Below are positions 56,196-64,000 of a stretch of 64,000 bases of DNA, in pieces. Made by a program: the position numbers and the translations under genes. The DNA is from Octopus vulgaris (lineage: Eukaryota): positions 5,952,001 to 6,016,000 of the forward strand of contig OX597830.1 of the NCBI GenBank assembly GCA_951406725.2. The letters run 5' to 3'. Below the pieces are notes generated by a model. That model did no database searches, was not told the origin of the DNA, and saw only the letters and a list, made by a program, of their open reading frames with translations. The first letter of the stretch is position 1, and each line of letters opens with the position of its first letter.

Positions 56196-56254
56196 TCTCT
56201 GCTGATGAGGTCAAAAATCTGTTGGATTAATCCTGAAATTGATCAATACAGAGA
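56196..56254 (+). ncRNA. Type I hammerhead ribozyme with an extra U before GAAA
   Basis: tctctg CTGATGA gg..aatc-tgttg-gatt..cc TGAA ATTGATCAAT A cagaga; 6-bp stem I, 10-nt palindromic stem III. Confidence 0.85.
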
Positions 56255-56492
56255 TAAAGCGTTTGAAAAAATTTCTGTTACTTTGCATTTCTCGATTCAG
56301 CACGAAGTGTTTTTTTATAGTGATGTATATTGTATGCGGAGATTCACGATTTAAAGTCTATTTCTAAAGTCTATTGGCATAGAATATTCTTTTCTTTTGC
56401 CATTATTTATAATTGCTTATAATTTTCACCTTAAAGGCTATTTTGTTATGCTGGCCAATTGATGAACGTTTTTGAAATTTTTTTAATATATA

Positions 56493-56584
<92 letters not shown>

Positions 56585-57117
56585 CATACACACCACTTGT
56601 TCCGAAAGAGCCCTTGAATATCAGTCTACATTTATAAGCAAGAGGATAGCAAAGAAGCAATACAGACAACGAACTCTTCATATAAGCTACACACATACAA
56701 ATATATATATATATGTATGTATGTATGTATGTATATGTATATGTAAATGCATGTGTATTTTTCAGTGTGTACAAATAACACGGAAAAAATAAACAAATAG
56801 TTACTGTAGTAGCAAAAATTCACATGTATCAAGGATGTTAATCGCACTTAAACAGGTTGAAGTTGCAGGGTTTAGTAAAGTGTTTTTCAAAAACATTGAT
56901 AAATTAAGAAATGGAGTTAAACGCAGGTGTTATTAAAATCTTTATACTGCCGACATATGTTTCTCTTTTTTTCCTTGACGAGAGGATTACATTGTTTTAC
57001 ATCATTGTATACTCTCAAGAATAATATCAATGTTTTCTTTGAAACATATGTCGGAAGTAAAAAGATTTGAATAACACCTAAGCTTAACCCCATTTCTAAT
57101 TTCTCTCTCTCTCTCCT

Positions 57118-57174
<57 letters not shown>

Positions 57175-57436
57175 TATATATGCACATGCCTACATATCGG
57201 TATCCACAAATATTCGTGAGGGTGTATGTGTACATAATAACTCTCAGAGAGACATCAAAAATGGCAAATCTCCTCAGATGATATGTCTTTATTGGAATGG
57301 AAAATGGAATTTAATATGGAATTGGTAAAGGGACACTGGAACCAGTTATAAATAATGTATATTGTGAAATCGTAAATTATGTACATAATTATTTGGACCG
57401 GAGATCAGACAACAGTTGAAAATTGAAGTCGCAGCG

Positions 57437-57492
<56 letters not shown>

Positions 57493-58389
57493 AGTGTGTG
57501 TGAGTGTGAGTGTGTGTATAAAGAGCGCCAAGTGTAATCTACCATTTGATGTCCTCCCAATAATTGGATCCCGTCGTTCAATGAAGCACATATCGCATAA
57601 GGAAGCCTTTGCAATGGTTTATACATAATATACATTAACATATTGTACATATCAACACATAATATATATATATGTATGTATAATATATACAGAATATATA
57701 ATATTGTATGCATTGTAGTATATATGTGTGCGTGCGTTGTTGTGTGTGACTAAACTTTTACCGAACTATTAACGTTAAGCTTCCTACATACATACACATA
57801 CATACACATACATACACATACATACATTCGAACACACTAACATACACACACTCACAAATACACACACGGGGATATATATATTGATATACATATCTACTGT
57901 ATATGTATATACCATGCATGAATGCATATATGTATGTATGTATGCATGAATGCATATATGTATGTATGTACACGCACGCATGACTGTACATACGCATATC
58001 CATACACATGCACGCCTATATGTGTATGCATGTATATATATTGAAGAATCTAATTGGAAAATAAGTCTCACCATTATATGAAACGGACGCCATTTTGCTG
58101 AGCTAATCATTACGACCAGCGTCTTCAACACTTTCTTTCATCTCAAATTTCGTCTTCACACATTCAATGGTTTTTGTTCTTGTTATTACTTTATAAATTT
58201 CCCAAACAACTCCTTCTTCTCTTCATTCCCTCTTTTATATACGTCTGTTCTATTGTCTAAGGTTCTGCCTCTGCCCACCACTCGCAGATACAGACATTCT
58301 CTTTCTCTCTCTCTTCTATTTCTCTTTCCTTCCTCACTCTTCCTCTCTCTCTCTAATTATATATACATATATAGTTACATGTATTTGTG

Positions 58390-58458
<69 letters not shown>

Positions 58459-58567
58459 CTATCTATATACCTACCTACCTATCTATCGCTTTCTCTCTCT
58501 TCTCCTACCATACCCTAACTATATATAAATAAATATTTATATAGACGTATGTGTTATACACACACAC

Positions 58568-58600
<33 letters not shown>

Positions 58601-59489
58601 CATACATATATATATACACACACACACATATATAAATATATATATATATATATGTACGTATATATGCATGCACAAATACATACACATATGCACACACGTA
58701 TATATCCGTTTTTCTCTTTATCCGTTATAGTATTGCTACTTATCTATCCTCCCCTCGGCCCACTTTTCGAAACACACTTACAATGACTCCACATTGTCAC
58801 CATCGTGAAGGTGGAACACATACTTGAACACCTATTTTAAATTCTCATATATCTTTACATATTTATTTCTTCCTCGACGTTAAATTCAGATAAAACAAAA
58901 TATACAACACGAATAAGAAAAATTTTAGAGGCTGATCTTTATGACTAATTAAATTATAAATTTCGTTTCTGTCACATTTATTATAAAGACGAAGCATTGA
59001 AACGAAGGTAAATATTCATTGTGTTATACAATCACTTCCAATATATGTGTGAACGAGCTGTTTTCTTCCGCCATAAATAGACTTGGTTTCACTAAGTTAA
59101 GATTACAGAGTATTTTGTACAAAGAACTCTTGTTCTGTAGACCAAACTAACAACGTCGACAATTCAATGGAAATAATTGGAATTCAAAGTATCTTGCGTT
59201 GAAGCTGGACTTTCTTTTACTCTTTTGTCCTTTGAGAAGTCACAGTTTTATGCTTCAGACATACAGGCACACCCACACACAGATATACAACTTCATACCA
59301 AGGGACCTACATGTATTTACGCATGCACGCATATTCGTATGTATGTGTCTATGTATATCTGTAAATACATTTATACATACATACATACATATATATATAT
59401 ATATAGATACACACAGACACACACACATAAACACAAATATATATGCACATATGCATACCCACACGCCCACACGCACACGCTCACATGTC

Positions 59490-59970
59490 TTTGTATCTTT
59501 TACTTGTATCAGTCATAAGAGTGCGGCCATGCTGGGGCACCAACTTGAACACCTTCAGTCGACTATATTGTCGATTTCAATAGTAGTATTTCAATTGTAG
59601 AGACTGGTGATTATTTTGTAATTCCTTGTTGCCGAACCGCTAGGTTGCGGGGAAGTAAATGCACCAACGAGAGTTATCAAGCGATGGTGGAGGACAAATA
59701 CAGACGTAAATACTTTCACATACTCACCCCACACACATACACATAACCACACAAAATCAAACACACACACACACACACACATACACAAATATACAAATAC
59801 TAACACACACACGCACACCTGTATACGACGGGCTTATTTCAGTTTCCATGTACAAAATCCATTCAGAAGTCTTTGGTCGGCCCGAGGCTATAAGTTACCA
59901 CGCAAAGGGATTGAACCAAGAACCATGTGACTGAAGAAAAATCCTTAGCATATACTTACTCCTGTGCCAA
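59490..59970 (-). mobile_element. SINE family B, near-complete
   Basis: Tail ttttacttgtatcagtcat...gcggccatgctggggcac, CA-rich middle, head acgacgggcttatttcagtttcc...aaccatgtga. Confidence 0.8.
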
Positions 59971-60029
59971 CATATATGTGTGTGTGTGTGCGTGTGTTGC
60001 ATATGGTAGATTTGTATATACACCCACTA

Positions 60030-60268
60030 AGGTGGCGAGCTGGCAGTAACGTTAACGCGCCGGGCGAAATGCTTAGCGGTATTTCGCCTGTCGTTACGTT
60101 CTAAGTTCAAATTCCGCCGCGGTCGACTTTGCCTTTCATCCTTTCGGGGTCGATAAATAAAGTACCAGTTTTGCACTGGGGTCGAGGTAATCGAATTAAT
60201 CTCTTTGTCTGTCCTTGTTTGTCCCCCCTATGTTTAGCCCCGTGTAGGGTAGCAAAGAAAAATATATA
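60030..60268 (+). mobile_element. SINE family A monomer, young, with TSD
   Basis: Consensus-like copy; 15-bp direct repeat tatatacacccacta at 60015-60029 and 60269-60283. Confidence 0.92.
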
Positions 60269-60607
60269 TATATACACCCACTATTGCTTGCTTATTGACA
60301 TTAACAGCATCGTCTTCAACATCACCAACATCCTCGTCGTCATCATTGTCCTCATTAAACGGCATAGCATCATTTATGTCACTCTCACCACTTCTCCACC
60401 ACCACCACCACCACCACCATTTCTGCTCTAACCTGTTGTCGTAGATGCTTTTAAATCCCAGTGTAAGCTTATCCAGCTCAGTGTCACTAGAACACGCTAT
60501 AACTCTAACACGCACCTGCTTTTAATATGTTAAAAAAAAAACAAAAAAAAAACAGAAACAAATACTCATCAAAAATGAAGTTACTCAATTCTCTTTCCAA
60601 TTTACCA

Positions 60608-60621
60608 GTTTCCATGGCAAC
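60608..60621. promoter_or_regulatory. Candidate RFX X-box
   Basis: GTTTCCATGGCAAC matches the palindromic X-box consensus; no linked gene is visible. Confidence 0.35.
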
Positions 60622-61276
60622 ATTTCAGTTCCGGGATGATATCAACGAAACCAACAACCTAGTTCTTATAACGGACATCCACCCACAACGCACACCATAG
60701 CAATGTCACAAGAAAAATAGCAACCACACCTACACAGTATCATAACAACAACAACAACAAGCACATCAGTAGCAGCAACACCAACACAAGAGCATAACAA
60801 CAAGAACAGCACGGGTAACATCAGAACAGAATAACCGTGACAACAGCGTCAGTAATAATCACAACAGCAGAACAACAGTAACAGTAGCAAAACTAACAAC
60901 AACAACAACAACAACAACACAACACGAATCACAGCAACTGTAAGTGCAGCATCAATCACAGCATCATCACAACAACAACAACAATAGCCATCATGTGCCC
61001 CAGAAGTGGAGACGAAGTTATTTGGCTTCTGTTTACACAACGGTTGCTGCGAGTTGATAAATAGCAAGAGAGGAAGACGCAAGGGAGTCTGGGTAAAAAA
61101 AAAACGCTTCGGAATCACGTGCGTTCGGGTTGACTAGCACAACGTGTTACCTTGGTCAAGTGTTTACACTTATAACCCCGACCGACCAATGCCTTGTGCT
61201 CCTGAGTGAATTTAGTGGACGAAAACTGTGCGGATGCAACTCATACACACACACATACACATATATATATAGTTGA

Positions 61277-61314
<38 letters not shown>

Positions 61315-61432
61315 GTATCTCTCTCTCCCTCTGCTTCTATCTGTCTGTCTCTCTCTCTCTCTCTCGGGCGCGCGCGAGTGTCCATGTTATATATACAAAA
61401 AAAAAAAAAAAAAAAAATATATAATATATAAT

Positions 61433-61539
<107 letters not shown>

Positions 61540-62151
61540 GAACACTCTAGGGAGCGTGTGTGTATGACTCTGTGCTTCTTTTTCTACCGGTTGACCGCCA
61601 ACGGTAAAACTTATTTGCCTCGTTTACACACTTGGCAAACATTCTCTGAAGTGTTTACTTTTGTTTAAAACTATGCGTTTTCACCCAGCAGAGGCGCCAA
61701 AAGTCACCCTAAACCCTTTACAGGATTAATGAGTACTGATTATCAGTAACACGTAAGGGGTGTCTGAGACAAACACTAACTCATTCACACACGCTTGCTA
61801 CTCACACAACTGATACACACGTTAGCGGCACAGTTCCCCACAAAGGTGTTTCTTTCCCTGTCACAAACTCACAAATATACCACACACACACACACACCAC
61901 TTCAGTATTCTGATATACGTTATATCGTTTAGCTTTTACTTGTTACAGCCATTAGACTGCGGCCAAGCAGGGGCACTGCCTTGAAAAAGTTTTAGTCGGA
62001 GGGATCGAACTCAGTACTTCTTTTTTACTAGCATGGTACTTATTCTATCAGTCTCTTAAATTACGGAGACGTAAAAACACAAATACCAGTTGTTAGGCAG
62101 TAAGGTGGTAGCAAACACCGATAGAAAAACACACACACGTCTTTATATATA

Positions 62152-62214
<63 letters not shown>

Positions 62215-62339
62215 GGGTTTGTATTATTGTGTATAGAGGGATAAATATTATTCAAATGAATTCCAACTCGGTTTTTTGTTTTATTTATATTCTTTTTAAC
62301 ATTAATATAGAATATAGAATATATAGTATAAATAACATG

Positions 62340-62398
62340 TAGTAAAATGAAATGAAGTATTGATTGTCTTTTAAGACAATCGTTACTTTATTTCATTT

Positions 62399-62403
<5 letters not shown>
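62340..62403. repeat. Near-perfect palindrome (31-bp arms, 2-nt loop)
   Basis: tagtaaaatgaaatgaagtattgattgtctt-tt-aagacaatcgttactttatttcattttacta; 3 differences between arms. Confidence 0.9.
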
Positions 62404-62447
<44 letters not shown>

Positions 62448-62497
62448 TGTACTTGTTTCAGTCATTTGACTGAGGCCATGCTGGAGCACCGCCTTTA

Positions 62498-62665
62498 GAG
62501 TGGTGAAAGAGTACAGCAGGGATCACCACCTCCTGCCGGAGCCTCGTGGAGCTTTTAGGTGTTTTTTTCGCTCAATAAACACACACAACGCCCGGTCTGG
62601 GAATCGAAACCGCGATCCTCCGACCGCAAGTCCGCTGCCCTAACCACTAGGCCATTGCGCCTCCA
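62498..62665 (-). mobile_element. tRNA-derived SINE with well-preserved Pol III boxes
   Basis: Minus strand: ggaggcgcaaTGGCCTAGTGGttagggcagcgg...GGTTTCGATTCCcagaccgggcg, then a non-tRNA body. Confidence 0.8.
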
Positions 62666-63685
62666 ATATATATATAATATATATATTATTTATACTATGT
62701 GTTCTATATTCTACATTAATATTATAAAGGATATAAATAAAACAAAAAACAGAGTTGGAATTTCTTTGAATAATATATATATATATATATATACACGACG
62801 GGCTTCTTTCAGTTTCCCTCTGCCAAATCCACTCACAAGCCTGTGGTTCGCTCGGGGCTTCAGTAGAACACATTAGCCCACGACAACACGCAATAAGACT
62901 GAAGCCGAACCATGTCATTGGCAAGCAAAGTTGGCCTCGCCTGCACCTCTACCTACATACACATTGTATATGTAGACACAAACTTAGACACAGTGACACG
63001 CCATATCATTATCTATCAAGCTATCCTCTAAAATACATTCACGCCTCTATCATTTTCTCACCACTAAGTATAATTGCAATTTGACACGCTGCTGTGTTCA
63101 GGTTTGTATTTCTCCAATGAAGTCTGAAGCTTTAATAGACTATTTCAGTTTTATTATGAAACAATTGCTCATCTAAGCAGGCCGCTTATAACCGACCGAC
63201 TAATCAGTAATAAGCGATCGATCGATGGCATCGTGCCAGCTTTCAAACGATAATGAAGCAATCGCCAAACTGATAAACTATTACCAACAACGCTCAATAT
63301 ACATTATATATACGCTATATATATTCTATCTACACTATATAGGTTTGCATTGCACGTAACTAATATTGGCAGCTCCAAAAAGGTAGTATATTATTCATAA
63401 ATTTAGGATGGAGTAAATGTTTAAGGATTTGCTACGCTGGAATAAGGTGACATCTGTTTCGACCTCAAAGGTCAGGTCATCCTATTCAATTGTGATTGCC
63501 AAATTTCGTGAATGATTGTTTTAATCTATTCCATTAGAATCCATTATTTTCTACATCAGTATATCCGGTTCGTACGTATGGGAGTCCGTGTGTAGTTAAT
63601 ATTTATATGTGTGCATATATATATATACACACACACACACACACGGACACATATATACAGATATGTATATATATTTATACAGATA

Positions 63686-63731
<46 letters not shown>

Positions 63732-64000
63732 CCATGTTTGTGTGTGCGTGTTTGTGTCTGTGTCTGTGTTTTGAAGATGATCGTATGTAGGTGTCTTTGC
63801 AGATTATATTTAAGTGGTTCATATTTCTGTATTTGTCGTGGTGCTAATAGAAACGAACGCAGAAAATGCCGTAATATAACCACTACTGTTAATGGCAACG
63901 TCCATTCTCAAAGATTCGAACACAGTATACGAGACGAGGTAAGATGCTTCGGTAAATATACATAGCTGTTAGTATTCCGGTGGCTACGTCTTTCTTGGCG

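Larger units (their letters stand above)
61930..62948 (-). mobile_element. SINE family B split by nested insertions (tail 61930-62145, head 62795-62948)
   Basis: Tail and head share orientation and are separated by (TA)n tracts and unrelated sequence. Confidence 0.7.

Noticed and set aside
61684-61700. CTCF-like site ccagcagaggcgcc
   Set aside because: One base short in the G-run of the consensus; a single unsupported match.
62590-62665. tRNA gene
   Set aside because: A and B boxes are present but the acceptor stem does not pair and the sequence continues into a SINE body.

Overview
AT-rich eukaryotic (animal) intronic or intergenic DNA saturated with microsatellites ((TA)n, (CA)n, (TACA)n, (AAT)n, (GA)n). 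The repeat content is most consistent with an octopus or other coleoid cephalopod genome (inference, not proven). No host protein-coding exon is recognisable, and most listed ORFs are microsatellite translations. Real coding signal is limited to decayed transposons: a near full-length Penelope-like retroelement (RT plus GIY-YIG, 16.27-18.70 kb, minus), 3' fragments of CR1, R4/Dong and RTE LINEs, one complete but mutated mariner, a mariner 5' fragment and a DD37D element. MITEs, a Helitron/HINE-like element and many tRNA-derived SINE copies are also present. The most notable signal is non-coding: about a dozen type-I hammerhead ribozyme motifs from several sequence families, seven with all three stems intact. 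They share (near-)palindromic stem III and show recurrent non-canonical cores (U3-A8, U4C, A6U, an extra nucleotide beside stem II). They sit in short elements embedded in microsatellites, often nested inside the internal (TA)n tract of one SINE family. All folds were made by eye and none is experimentally shown; repeat boundaries are approximate.
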